In this document: positions 37,726 through 50,299 of the stretch, piece after piece
How the letters are laid out: each line of letters opens with the position of its first letter
Numbering within the stretch: position 1 is the stretch's first letter
Origin: Mobula hypostoma
Lineage: Eukaryota
NCBI RefSeq assembly: GCF_963921235.1
Contig: NC_086101.1
Coordinates: 4,466,001 to 4,530,000 of the forward strand
Reading direction: 5' to 3'
DNA: 64,000 nt
Notes under the pieces: model-generated
What the model saw: the letters and a program-made list of their open reading frames with translations, nothing else
The model's database searches: none
What the model was told of the DNA's origin: nothing
Program-made: the position numbers and the translations under genes

Positions 37726-39114
37726 TGGTACTGGTTTATTATCGTCACATGTACTGAGATGCAGTGCCTTGCGCAATGTTCATACAGACCACATCATTAC
37801 ACAGTGCACTGAGCCAGAACAAGGTGTTTGGAGGAAAGTATAGGGGCAGGATTTAACACAGATGGTGATGGTAGAGGCCGATACATTGCGGACCTATAAG
37901 AAACTGTTAGTTGGATGGAAGTGAAATGGAGGGTTACGTGGGAGGGAAGGGTGAGTTGATCTTGGACTAGGCTAAAGGGCTGGAAGGCCTGTTCCGTGCT
38001 GCACTGCTCTATGTTTTAATAACAATGCAGAATAAAGTGTAAAAGCTACTGCAAAAGAGCAGTGCAGGTGAACAATAAATTGTAAGGTTATAATGAGGTA
38101 GATCGTGAGGCCAAGAGTCCATCTTATATACACATCATTCACAAGAAAGTCGTAAAACAAGTGCAGAGTTTTTACAAGTAAACACGATCGGAACAGAAAC
38201 AAGAGAATCTGCAGATGCTGGAAATCCGAGCGACACACACAAACTGCTGGAGGAACTCAGCAGGCCAGGCAGCATCTGTGGAAAACAGTACAGTCAACCT
38301 TTTGGTCCTCCAGCATTGACACAAAACTCCACTTTTGATCAAAGCGCTCATTTTTATTTTAGTTTGTTTATTTATTTAGAGATTCAGGCCCAACAAGCCA
38401 CGCCCCCAGCATCCCACCTATTTAACCCTAGCCGAGGCACAGGATGATTTACAATGACCAAATAACTGACTAACTGGTAGGTCCTTGGACTGTGGGCGGA
38501 AACCGGAGCACCCGGGGGAAACCCATGCGGTCACAGGGAGAACGGACAATCTCTTTGCAGAGAGTGGCGGGAATTGAACTCTGAACTTTGATTCCCCAAG
38601 TCATACTAACCACCATAGTGATGTACTGTTACTAAACCGTGGTGATTAGGGTTGTGGCTGTTGGTTGAAGAACCGGAACGTTGAAGGGAAGCAGTTGTTC
38701 TTGAACCTGGTGCAGTGGGATTTCAGTCCCGAAGGGACCTGGGAGAAGATGGCATGGCCCGGATGGTGGAGAATCTTTCACAATCGACCTAACGCCTCCC
38801 AGTTCTTGCAATGCGTCCTGTGTCAATGTTCCCTGCGGCTTGCGTCCTAACCTACTCGATGACATTATCCCCAGAGCTTACTAACAGAGTTCTTTGTCTG
38901 GATTCCCCCTGTAATATCTCCAAACCATTGTTCTATCTACCTCCCCAAACTATTGCTATGGTTACCTCTCGGGGGGCGGGGGAGAGCGCACGTGGAGGGG
39001 AGCTGATGTCAGAGGTGTGAGGACATCGTTTAGTCAAGGGGGCATGAGCGATATGGAGGGGAGCTGATGTCAGTCATGGGCAGACATCGTTTGGTGTGCA
39101 GTCACCTATACAGG

Positions 39115-39720
39115 TCAGAATCAGGTTTACTTAACACTGACATATGTCGTGAAATCTGTTTGTTGTTTTCCAGCAACAATACAGTGCAAAGACATACAAA
39201 TTACTATAAATTACAACTAAGAAAATATATTTTAAAAAAGTAGTGCAGAAAGAACAAATGGTGAGGTAGTGTTGGTGGGTTCATTGTCCATTCAGCAATC
39301 GGATGGCAGAGGGGAAGAAGCTGTTTCTGAAATGTTGCGTGTGTGTCTTCAGGCTCCCGTACCTCCTTGATGGTGGCCATGAGAAGAGAGCGTGGCCTGA
39401 ATGGTGGGGACCTTCGTGACGGATGCCACCTTTTCTCAGCCTTTGTCTTTTGAAGATGTCCTCGATTCTGGGCAGGCTCGTGCCCATGATGGGACTGGCT
39501 GCATTTACAGCTTTCTGCTGTTTTCCTTCTGATCTTGTGCAGTGGCCCCTCCACGGCAGTAGAAATTTGCTAATGTTTGATGACGCCAACTCCTAATCAA
39601 GTATAGTTTCCGTCGCGACTTCTTGTGGTTGCACCATTACTTTGGGCTCAGGATAGATCTGCAGAGGTGTTGACACCAAAGAACTTGATGCAGTCTCTCC
39701 TTGTCACCGCTGATCCCTCG
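39115..39720 (-). mobile_element. Rex1-like LINE 3' fragment
   Basis: QKAVNAASPIMGTSLP.IEDIF..PSRRYGSLKTHTQHFRNSFFPSAIRLLN. Confidence 0.75.
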
Positions 39721-39944
39721 ATGCGTTCTGATGTCCCATCCAAGGGGAGACCACAGTCAGAGTCCTGGTTTCCATACCAAGGAGAAACTTGAGGGAAATG
39801 TCCCCTGCACAGATTCCTGGTGAGACTGGTTGCTCTGATGGAAGGAAGCTGATCAGAGGAGAATTTATCTCTGAGATAAATTTTCTGAGATCAAGATCTC
39901 TGAGGATCTAACTTGATCCCAATATATCATTGCAGCTACAGCAA

Positions 39945-40552
39945 AGGCAAGACAGTGGTTATATTTCATGAGGAGTTTGAGGAAATTTGGTTTGTCACAT
40001 AAAACACTCAAAAACTTCTATACATGTACAGTGGAGAACATTCTAACAGGCTGCATTACTGTCTGGTTTGGGGGCGGTGTGCTGCTGCCACACAGGATCG
40101 AAAGAAGCTACAGAAAGTTGTAAAATTACTCAGCTCCATCTTGGGTACTAGCCTCTATTGTGTACCCAGGACATCTTCAGGGAGCGGTGACTCAGAAAGG
40201 CAGCATCCATTACTAAGGACCCCCATCACCCAGGACATGCCCTCTTCTCATTGTAACCATCAGGAAGGAGGTACAGAAGCCAGACGGCACACACTCAGCG
40301 ATTCAGGAACAGCTTCTTCCCCTCTGCCATCCGATTCCTAAATGGACATTGAATCTCTGAACACTTCTCACTTTTTAAAAATCTCTGTTTTGCACTATTT
40401 TTAATTTAACTATTTAATAAACAGATTTACTTACTGTAATTGATTTACTTATTTTTTATTTCTATATTATCTGTGTGGCATTGAACTGCTGCTGCTAAGT
40501 TAACAAATCTCGCAACACATGCCGGTGATAATAAACCTGATTCAGATTCTAA
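39945..40552 (+). mobile_element. Rex1-like LINE 3' fragment with intact 3' end
   Basis: YFMRSLRKFG..TLKNFYTCTVENILTGCITVW..QDRKKLQKVV; ends ATGCCGGTGATAATAAACCTGATTCAGATTCT. Confidence 0.8.
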
Positions 40553-40924
40553 TTTAGTACAACACACAGGCTTCTCCAGGTGGGAGAATTGGGAACCGGG
40601 GACCATAGTTTCAGAATAAGGGGGTTATCTGCGTTTTTTTTTACTGTGTACTGTACCAGCAGTTTATGGTCGAAATGACAATAAACTTGACTAAAGCAGA
40701 AATGGGGAGGATTTCATCTCGTGACCTCTTCTCCTGGAGCGAAGTGAAGACGGGTTCCCAACACACGTGTATGTCAACCATGGAGTGTAGTGATCAGTGG
40801 AGGGGTTGGTGAAGTTGAGGTGGAAGTTGGATAATCACCAACCTCACTGAGGGATGGAGAAAAGTCCCAAAGGGCTGAAAGGCCAACAAATGTCCGCGTG
40901 CCTTTGGGTGAAGGTCAGTGGTGG

Positions 40925-43720
40925 AGCAGCCGAGGAATTGGGATTGGGGTGTGTGTTGTTGGGGTGGGTGAGGAATTGGGATTGGGGTGTGTGTTGTTGG
41001 GGTGGGTGAGGAATTGGGATTGGGGTGTGAGTTGTTGGGGTGGGTGAGGAATTGGGATTGGGGTGTGAGTTGTTGGAGCAGCCGAGGAATTGGGATTGGG
41101 GTGTGTGTTGTTGGGGTGGGTGAGGAATTGGGATTGGGGTGTGAGTTGTTGGGGTGGGTGAGGAATTGGGATTGGGGTATGTGTTGTTGGGGTGGGTGAG
41201 GAATTGGGATTGGGGTGTGTGTTGTTGGGGTGGGTGAGGAATTGGGATTGGGGTGTGTGTTGTTGGGGTGGGTGAGGAATTGGGATTGGGGTGTGAGTTG
41301 TTGGAGCAGCCGAGCAATTGGGATTGGGGTGTGTGTTGTTGGGGTGGGTGAGGAATTGGGATTGGGGTGTGAGTTGTTGGGGTGGGTGAGGAATTGGGAT
41401 TGGGGTGTGTGTTGTTGGGGTGGGTGAGGAATTGGGATTGGGGTGTGTGTTGTTGGGGTGGGTGAGGAATTGGGATTGGGGTGTGAGTTGTTGGGGTGGG
41501 TGAGGAATTGGGATTGGGGTGTGAGTTGTTGGAGCAGCCGAGGAATTGGGATTGGGGTGTGTTGTTGGGGTGGGTGAGGAATTGGGATTGGGGTGTGAGT
41601 TGTTGGGGTGGGTGAGGAATTGGGATTGGGGTGTGAGTTGTTGGGGTGGGTGAGGAATTGGGATTGGGGTGTGTGTTGTTGGGATGGGTGAGGGATTGGG
41701 ATTGGGGTGTGAGTTGTTGGGGTGGGTGAGGAATTGGGATTGGGGTGTGAGTTGTTGGGGTGGGTGAGGAATTGGGATTGGGGTGTGTGTTGTTGGGGTG
41801 GGTGAGGAATTGGGATTGGGGTGTGAGTTGTTGGGGTGGGTGAGGAATTGGGATTGGGGTGTGAGTTGTTGGAGCAGCCGAGGAATTGGGATTGGGGTGT
41901 GTGTTGTTGGGGTGGGTGAGGAATTCGGATTGGGGTGTGAGTTGTTGGGGTGGGTGAGGAATTGGGATTGGGGTGTGAGTTGTTGGGGTGGGTGAGGGAT
42001 TGGGATTGGGGTGTGTGTTGTTGGGGTGGGTGAGGAATTGGGATTGGGGTGTGAGTTGTTGGGGTGGGTGAGGAATTGGGATTGGGGTGTGAGTTGTTGG
42101 GGTGGGTGAGGAATTGGGATTGGGGTGTGAGTTGTTGGGGTGGGTGAGGGATTGGGATTGGGGTGTGTGTTGTTGGGGTGGGTGAGGAATTGGGATTGGG
42201 GTGTGTTGTTGGGGTGGGTGAGGAATTGGGATTGGGGTGTGTGTTGTTGGGGTGGGTGAGGAATTGGGATTGGGGTGTGAGTTGTTGGAGCAGCCGAGGA
42301 ATTGGGATTGGGGTGTGTGTTGTTGGGGTGGGTGAGGAATTGGGATTGGGGTGTGAGTTGTTGGGGTGGGTGAGGAATTGGGATTGGGGTGTGAGTTGTT
42401 GGGGTGGGTGAGGGATTGGGATTGGGGTGTGTGTTGTTGGGGTGGGTGAGGAATTGGGATTGGGGTGTGAGTTGTTGGGGTGGGTGAGGAATTGGGATTG
42501 GGGTGTGTGTTGTTGGGGTGGGTGAGGAATTGGGATTGGGGTGTGTGTTGGGGTGGGTGAGGAATTGGGATTGGGGTGTGAGTTGTTGGGGTGGGTGAGG
42601 AATTGGGATTGGGGTGTGAGTTGTTGGGGTGGGTGAGGGATTGGGGTGTGTGTTGGGGTGGGTGAGGAATTGGGATTGGGGTGTGTGTTGTTGGGGTGGG
42701 TGAGGAATTGGGATTGGGGTGTGAGTTGTTGGGGTGGGTGAGGAATTGGGATTGGGGTGTGTGTTGTTGGGGTGGGTGAGGAATTGGGATTGGGGTGTGA
42801 GTTGTTGGGGTGGGTGAGGAATTGGGATTGGGGTGTGTGTTGCTGGGGTGGGTGAGGGATTGGGATTGGGGTGTGTTTTGTTGGGGTGGGTGAGGGATTG
42901 GGATTGGGGTGTGTGTTGGGGTGGGTGAGGGATTGGGGTGTGTGTTGGGGTGGGTGAGGGATTGGGATTGGGGTGTGAGTTGTTGGGGTGGGTGAGGAAT
43001 TGGGATTGGGGTGAGTATTGTTGGGGTGGGTGAGGGATTGGGATTGGGGTGTGTGTTGGGGTGGGTGAGGAATTGGGATTGGGGTGTGTGTTGTTGGGGT
43101 GGGTGAGGAATTGGGATTGGGGTGTGAGTTGTTGGGGTGGGTGAGGAATTGGGATTGGGGTGTGTGTTGTTGGGGTGGGTGAGGAATTGGGATTGGGGTG
43201 TGAGTTGTTGGGGTGGGTGAGGAATTGGGATTGGGGTGTGTGTTGCTGGGGTGGGTGAGGAATTGGGATTGGGGTGTGTGTTGCTGGGGTGGGTGAGGGA
43301 TTGGGATTGCGGTGTGTTTTGTTGGGGTGGGTGAGGGATTGGGATTGGGGTGTGTGTTGGGGTGGGTGAGGGATTGGGATTGGGGTGAGTATTGTTGGGG
43401 TGGGTGAGGAATTGGGATGGGAGTGGCTGAGGGTTGGGATTGAGGTGAGTGTTGTTGAGTGGGTGAGGGATTGGGATAGGAGTGGCTGAGGGTTGGGATT
43501 GGGGTGAGTATTGTTGGGGTGGGTGAGGGATTGGGATAGGAGTGGCTGAGGGTTGGGATTGAGGTGAGTGTTGTTGGGGTGGGTGAGGAATTGGGATGGG
43601 AGTGGCTGAGGGATTGGGATTGGGGTGTGTGTTGTTGGGGTGGGTGAGGGATTGGGATTGAGGTGAGTGTTGTTGGAGTGGGTGAGGGATTGGGATAGGA
43701 GTGGCCTGGGGTGGGAGTGG
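40925..43720. repeat. 38-bp G-rich minisatellite (GAGGAATTGGGATTGGGGTGTGTGTTGTTGGGGTGGGT), roughly 70 copies
   Basis: Period 38 (40932 to 40970); four G-runs of three or more per unit. Confidence 0.98.
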
Positions 43721-44014
43721 GGTGAGTGTTTTGGGAGGGGAGTATGGTTTTGGGATGAAGGTCAGTGGTGGTGACAAGACGGGTGGTAAGGATTGGGATT
43801 AGGGTTGATGATAGGATTTAGGGTGAGTGGTGTTGGTAGGGGTTGGGTTGCGGGTCAGTGGTGGTTTAGGTGAGGGATGAGGGTCAGTGTGAGGCTGAGG
43901 CCAAACGCACTGGTAGCAGAGTTTGGTGGGATGGCGGGTGGAGATAGTGGTTCCAATTCTTCAACTCCTACTGGGAGGGGGTGCTGTGGTTCGTCTCTGG
44001 GGTGTGTGTGTGTG

Positions 44015-44670
44015 TCTCCCTCTCACCCCTCTCTCTCCCTTTACCTCTCCCCTCCCCTCCCCCCTCCCCTCCCCCCTCCCCTCCCCCCTCCCTTCCCCCT
44101 GCCCTCTCCCTTCCCCTCTCCCTTCCCCCTGCCCTCTCCCTTCCCCTCTCCCTTCCCCCTCCCTCTCCCTTTACCTCTCCCCTCCCCTCTCCCTTCCCCT
44201 CCCCCTCCCTTCCCCCTGCCCTCTCCCTTCCCCTCTCCCTTCCCCTCTCCCTTCCCTCCTCCCTCTCCCTTTACCTCTCCCCTCCCCTCCCCCCTCCCCT
44301 CTCCCCTCCCCTCTCCCCTCCCCTCCCCCCTCCCCTCTCCCCTCCCCTCCCCTCCCCTCTCCCCTCCCCTCCCCTCCCCTCTCCCCTCTCCCCTCTCCCC
44401 TCCCCTCTCCCCTCTCCCCTCCCCTCTCCCCTCCCCCCTCCCCTCTCCCTTTACCTCTCCCCTCCCCCTCCCCTCTCCCCCTCCCCCCTCCCATCCCCCT
44501 TTCCCTCCCCTCTCTCCCCCCTCCCATCCCCCTTTCCCTCCCCTCTCTCCCCCCTCTCTCCCCCCACTCTCCCCCCTCTCTCCCCCTCTCTCCCCCTCTC
44601 TCCTCCCTCTCCCCCCTCTCCTCCCTCTCCCCCTCCCCCCTCCCCCCTCCCCTATCTTCCTCCCCTTTCT
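44015..44670. repeat. Near-pure polypyrimidine (CCCTCT/CCCCT-like) tract
   Basis: About 650 bp almost exclusively C/T. Confidence 0.97.
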
Positions 44671-44987
44671 GACTGTCTGTAGTTGTCTAATTCCTTCTCT
44701 GTCACTCCCTCCCTTCCATTCTCTCTCCGTCTCTCTTTCTGTCCCCTATGTTCACTGCTCTCAGGTCAAGGCCCTTCAGCCCCTTGGATCTGCTGACCCT
44801 CGGCTATGTCCTGTCCACCATCTTCCTCCTGGTAACCCTTGGCCAAGGTCTAGGTTATGGTCCTGGGGGGAAGAGTGGGATAGGGTGGGGGGAGCGATAG
44901 GTGGGTGAAGGTCCATGCCTGCTCCCCACCCGCAGCCGCCCCTGTAACGAGCTCCCTGATGTTCTGACCTCTTTTTGTCACCCACAG

Positions 44988-45036
44988 GGGCCCCCTCTGC
45001 CTATGACCCGAGGTTCAAAGGGCCAATCGAGAACAG
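44988..45036 (+). CDS. slc44a4: CTL4 exon 2
   Basis: CACAG acceptor, (G)APSAYDPRFKGPIEN(R), GTGAGT donor; matches the SLC44 YDPxFxGPIxNR motif. Confidence 0.96.
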
Positions 45037-45321
45037 GTGAGTATTGTGGAGGGCGCCCTCACCTTTTGAGGGGATGTGGGTATAATGAAGGGGTGAGGGT
45101 GAGTGTTGGAGGCGAGGGGGGCATGAGGTGGGCAATGAAGTGGTTCGAGGTGTGCGTGTGTGGGGCATTGCTCTGGTTTGTGTGGGGATTGTGAACCCGG
45201 ACCCCCCAATACCTCCCCTTTTTCCCAGCTTTGACCTCCTCTACCTTGTCCAGGTTTTATTTTTGCCTTTTGGGTGGGACCTTCTTACACTGATGGTTTC
45301 CACGTCTCTCTCCCCCCACAG

Positions 45322-45395
45322 GAGCTGCACAGACATAATCTGCTGTGCCATCTTTATGGTCTTCATCCTGGGATACATGGTGGTAGGCATTGTGG
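45322..45395 (+). CDS. slc44a4: CTL4 exon 3 (TM1)
   Basis: (R)SCTDIICCAIFMVFILGYMVVGIV; AG/GTAAGT boundaries. Confidence 0.97.
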
Positions 45396-45594
45396 GTAAG
45401 TGACCCCTCCCACTGCCCCTCCTCACCCCCCACCCCCCACTCAATGCTCAGGCAGGGGCAAGGGAGGGGAGGCAACTGGGGGAACGGTCAGTGGCACATA
45501 CTGTCTGCGGGGAGGGGGATGCGGGGGGCGCCTTGGCTCTCATGTTTGGGTCATAAGAAACCCGGGTGCGGTACTCCACTCTACCCCAGGACCA

Positions 45595-46490
45595 CGACCA
45601 TAAGACACAGGAGCAGACCAGGCCAAGCAGCTCCACCATTCCCTCGTAACTCCAATCTCCTGCCGTCTCCGTGGAACATTTGACACCCTGACTAATCAAG
45701 AACCTATCAACCTCAGCGTTAAATACACTCGATGACTTGGCCTCCACAGGTGTCCTAACAAAGAATTACACAGATTTACCATCCTCTGGCTAAAGAAATT
45801 CCTCCTCATCTCCGTTCTAAAGGGACATCCCTCTGTTTTGATCCTAGACTCACCCACTATAGGAAACATCCTCTCCGCGTACACTCTATCTAGACCTTTC
45901 AATATTTGATAGGTTTCAATAAGATCCTACCTCACTTGTCTTAACCGCAGCGAGTACAGCCCCAGAGGCATGAAATGTTCCTCATACATTAACCCTGTCA
46001 CTCCCAGGTTCACTCCAGTGGACCTTCTCTAGACCCTCTCCAATGACAACACATCGTTTCTCAGATATGGGCCCCAGAACTGCTCACAATACTCCAAGAG
46101 CAGTCTGACAAGTGCCTTATAAAGCCTCAGCATCACATCCTTCCTCTTATATTCTAGTCCTCTCGAAATGGATGTTAAGATCGCATTTGCTTGCCTTACG
46201 ACCAACTCAACCTGCAAGTTAACCTTTAGGGCATCCTGCACCTTTGCACCTCTGGTTTTTGAATTTCCTCCCCGTTTAGAAAATAGTCTAATAGTCACCT
46301 TTATTCCTTCTACCAAAGTGCATGACCGTCCACTTCCCCGCACGATGTTCCAACAGCCACTTCTTTGCCCATTCTCCCGATATGTCCAAATCCTTCTGCA
46401 GCCTCTCTGCTTCCTCAACAGTACCTGCCCCTCCACCTACCTTCGTATGGCGGGTAAATATGGCCACCAAGCCATCAATTCTGTCATCAG
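45595..46490 (-). mobile_element. Decayed CR1 3' fragment
   Basis: LEYCEQFWGPYLRNDVLSLERV and EMRRNFFSQRMVNL motifs. Confidence 0.85.
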
Positions 46491-46959
46491 ATCATCAGCG
46501 TGAAAGGAAGTGGGTACTCCAGCCACTGTGCTGTAACTTACTGACCCTAGCCCGTACGTCTTTGGGCCACAGGAGGAGTCCGGAGCACCCGGAGTAAATC
46601 CGCGTGGTCACAGGGAGGACGTGCAGCGATGGGAGTTGGACCCAGGTCGCTAGCGCTGTATAGCGTTACACGGACTGTCACGCTGCTGTCGCGCTCCTCG
46701 GTACTGTGCCACTCCAGTCAGATTATGGTCAATCAGGCGTCTGTTGTGAGTTTGAAACGTTCCAGAATGAGACAGCACTGGGGGAGGCCGTTTGGCTGAC
46801 AAGCATTCCCAGTTGGTCCTACTGCCCTCCTCTGTGCCCCAGCCCCGGGGAGCTTGTGTTCCGATGCTGTAGGAAGTGTGGTCCTTTTCCCGGGCAGAGT
46901 GCCTTGCGGAGCCCAAACGTGCAACGGGGTGACTGAGGCCTCATGTTCTCTCTCCACAG

Positions 46960-47038
46960 CATGGCTGTACGGCGACCCACGGGAGGTGATCTACCCAAGG
47001 AATTCCACCGGCATGTATTGTGGCGTTGGCAACAACAA
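46960..47038 (+). CDS. slc44a4: CTL4 exon 4
   Basis: (A)WLYGDPREVIYPRNSTGMYCGVGNN(K). WLYGDPR..YPRNSTG.YCG matches SLC44A4 rather than SLC44A2 (WTHGDPR..YPTDSRG). Confidence 0.97.
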
Positions 47039-47399
47039 GTGAGTTGTGGGTCACTTGAGCTGGTGGGAGGCAAGAGGAGGGGGAATCTCTGGTGAGGGGT
47101 ATTAACCTCTCAACCCTGTTCTCCCTGTAACTTTTGTAACTAATCAAGGACCTATCAACATCTGCTTTAAATATACCCAATGACGTGGCCTCCACAACCA
47201 TCTGTGGCAATGAATTCCACAGATTCACCACCCTCTGGTAAAGAAATTATTCCCCTCTCTGTTCCATACACTTCCCTACATTGTAAGGACAGGTTAAATG
47301 GTATGGTTAAAATGGTTTAGCAAGGTGGTGATGAATGAGTATGATGGTTGTGTTGTGGGTATGATCATTGGGATGAGGGTTTGATGGATGTGTTGAGGG

Positions 47400-47535
47400 T
47401 CTGACGGATGGGTTGTGGGTTTGAAGGCTGGACTGTGGGTTTGATGGTTGGTTTGTGGGTTTGATGGCTGGGTTGTGGGTTTGATGGCTGGGTTGTGGGT
47501 TTGATGGTTGGTTTGCGGGTTTGATGGCTGGGTTG
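47400..47535. repeat. 20-bp GT-rich tandem repeat
   Basis: TTGATGGCTGGGTTGTGGGT repeated. Confidence 0.85.
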
Positions 47536-47719
47536 CATGCAGAGTTTAATGTTTCACTAGCTTGTGCTCATGATGGATGTTTATTTGTTAAACACCTATA
47601 GAATATAGAACATGTGACAGCACAGGAAAAGGTCCTTCGGCGCACAATGTTGTGCTGAACTGATTAAATTAGTAATCGAATGTCTAGGCATTTGAATTAG
47701 TAATCCCTTCTGCGTAGAC

Positions 47720-47799
47720 CAGGAACTCCCAGCCTGGAGTTCACAGAACCCTTGGTTAATTGTAGCAGTCCATGGCATCAAAAATGTTGGGAACCCCTG
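47720..47799. mobile_element. ~80-bp hAT-like MITE
   Basis: Imperfect TIRs CAGGAACTCCCAGCCT / ATGTTGGGAACCCCTG. Confidence 0.55.
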
Positions 47800-47939
47800 G
47801 CTGGACAATGTCCATATTCTTCCATTTTGTGTACATTCACGTGCCTATCCAAGGTCCCCTTGAATACTCCTTGGTATTTGACTCCACCACAACCCTGGTT
47901 GCACATCACAGGCACGCACCTTTCCCTCCTCCACAAAAT

Positions 47940-48600
47940 AGTCCTTCCAGGTGAGGCAACACCTCCCCTACGAACCCATTGGGGTCATCTACTCAGGTGC
48001 TCCTGCTGTGGCCGCCTCCACCTAGATGGGACCTGACGTAGATTGGAGGATTGCTTCATTGGGCAACTTCTCTCCAGATGCAAAATGCAGGACTTTTCGG
48101 TGGCCAAACATTTTATATCTGAGCTCCATTCCCAAAGTGGCACGTCTGTCCGTGGCTGCCTCTTGTGCCACGATCAGTCCACTCTCAGTCTGGAGGAGAA
48201 ACACCTCATATTATGTTTTGGATAGCCTCCAACCTGATGGCATGAACTTTGATTTTGCAGGTTTCCTGTAGTGTTTTTCCCCTCCCCTTTCTGTCTTCTT
48301 CAATTCTCCACTCTGGTCCCTGCTTGATCTCTTCTCTCCTGCCTATCACCTCCACCCAGTGCCTCTCCTCCTTCCCTTTTTCCTACAGTCCACCCTCCTC
48401 TCCTATCAGATTCCTTCCTTTACTTTTTTCACCTCTCACCTCCCAGCTTCTTACTTCATCCCCTCCCTCCACTTTCTTATTCTGCCATCTTCCCCCTGTC
48501 CTTTCCAGTCCTGAAGAGGCCCGAAACATTGACTGTTTATTCATTTCCACAGATGCTGCCTGACCTACTGAGTTCCTCCAGCATTTTGTGTGTTGCTCCT
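47940..48600 (+). mobile_element. Penelope-like GIY-YIG fragment with 3' terminal repeat
   Basis: GVIY..CSCCGRLH.DGT..LEDCF..VAKHF..LEEKHLILC..SLQPDGMNFDF, then CAGTC-CTGAAGA-GGCCC-GAAA-CATT-GACTG at 48506-35. Confidence 0.82.
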
Positions 48601-48825
48601 GTGGTTCTGTGTTTCAATGTTCCTCCCCCCATAAGCTCTCTGCTCCTGCACCTGCCACATCTCTGCACTCCCATTCTCTGTTTCTGTGCTTCCGAGTCTG
48701 CTGGGGGCCGCCAAGGGGCCGCCGGTGGCGCTGGTGGGGCAGGCGGTTCCATGGAGTCTCCTAGGCCGAGACTCGAGCGTCCCGCTCCCTGGTGTTCCCA
48801 CTCTAACACACCTTCTCTTCCAAAG

Positions 48826-48925
48826 GGAGAAGCCCTACGCCCTCTACTTCAACATCCTGAAATGCGTCTCGCCCACGGCTATCCTGACCTCGGCTCTCAA
48901 CAAGCTGCAGTGCCCCACCACACAG
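48826..48925 (+). CDS. slc44a4: CTL4 exon 5
   Basis: (K)EKPYALYFNILKCVSPTAILTSALNKLQCPTTQ; AAG acceptor, GTAACG donor. Confidence 0.96.
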
Positions 48926-50299
48926 GTAACGGTCACTCGAGGGGGGTGGGGGGGAACCACGAGGTGCTAAGTTGTTCCGACAGTCATGAATGTTTGACAT
49001 CTCTCTATGGCTTTGCTGCTCGCTGAGAGGAAACCGGACAGACAGCCATGCTTTCAAACCTTGAGTGATGATCTCCAGGCTTCCTGCTCGCTTGCACCCC
49101 CCTGCTGGGGAATAGGCCGCCGAAAGCAGCTCAGCAGAGTGCCCCAACCCGGGAGCAAGAGCCTTTCAACTTGTCCCCAGGGGTAGCCCATCAAAGATCC
49201 CTCCTCTCCCGGGAACGAGGTCCCTGGAGCTTCTGCTGGCATTTCTGGGATTGCTTGCTCCACGTCGGCTTCGGACTGCCTGCGGCAGAATTGGTGCTTC
49301 TTACAGCCAGGGGCATTTTCTACAACCAGCACGGTGATTGGCCAGTGTTGGAACATGCCAATGGTCAGCCTGAGGTCCCTGGTGCCTGCTGAATTTACGT
49401 CCGCCCCTTTTGCAGGCTGGACCCAGCTGCCAATGGGCCGAAGGGTCTACAGATCTCTGTGACTCCCAGCCCTTCCCTGATCCCAAATCTAACTCCCCTT
49501 GTGAAGGTGAACAAGTCTCCAGATGGTGAAATTCTGACAGAGGCACTGGAAGCTCCTTCTCCGGGTCGGACAGCTGCCTTTCTTTAGAACATAGCACAGC
49601 AGGCCCAATATTCTGCCCACCTTTTAACCGACTCCAAGATCAATCTAACCCTTCCCTCCCACATAACCCTCCATTTTTCCATCATCCTGAGGAATTTCTT
49701 CAGCCTCCTGAGGAAGTAGACGTGTTGGTGAGCTTACCTGGTCCTGGTATCAACATGATTGGACCAGGACCAACCTTGTGAAGATGAACAAGTTAATCAT
49801 CTAGGAACTTGAAGCTCTCAACTACCTCAACCTCAGTACCACTGATGTAGAGAGGAGGATGTGCACTGCCCCCTTCCTGAAGCCAAAGACCATCTCTTTG
49901 GTTTTGCATACGTGACCAACCTCTTCAAGCACTCACGGCGGTCGATGTCAGGGCCACTGGGCAGTAGTTGCTAAGGCACGTTACCTTGTTTTAGACCATA
50001 AGGCATAGGGTCAGAATTAGGCCACTCAGCCCATCGAGTATGCTCTGCCATTCCATCATGGCAGATCCCAGATCTCACTCTTGGGTAGTGGGATGATAGC
50101 AGTTTTCTTAAAACTGGATCCAAGAGTTAGTGGAGCCTTGAGATGAATCTCTCTCGCAAATATAGGAAGGCAGCACAACAGTTAGCCTACTGCTATTACA
50201 GTGCTAGAAACCAGGGCTGAATTCACACATAGAGCTTGTATGTTCTCCTCATGACCGTGTGGGTTTCTCTGGGTGCTCCGGTTGCCTGCCACATTCTGA

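Noticed and set aside
40844..43777. 977-aa Pro/His/Thr-rich ORF
   Set aside because: Translation of a 38-bp satellite that lacks stops on one strand; the period is not a multiple of 3 and it is antisense within an intron.
43877..44908. Pro/Ser/Leu-rich ORFs (extensin-like)
   Set aside because: Artefact of the polypyrimidine tract, open in all three frames.
49050..49600. Short ORFs or a possible Tx1 relic in intron 5
   Set aside because: No motif I could recognise with confidence.
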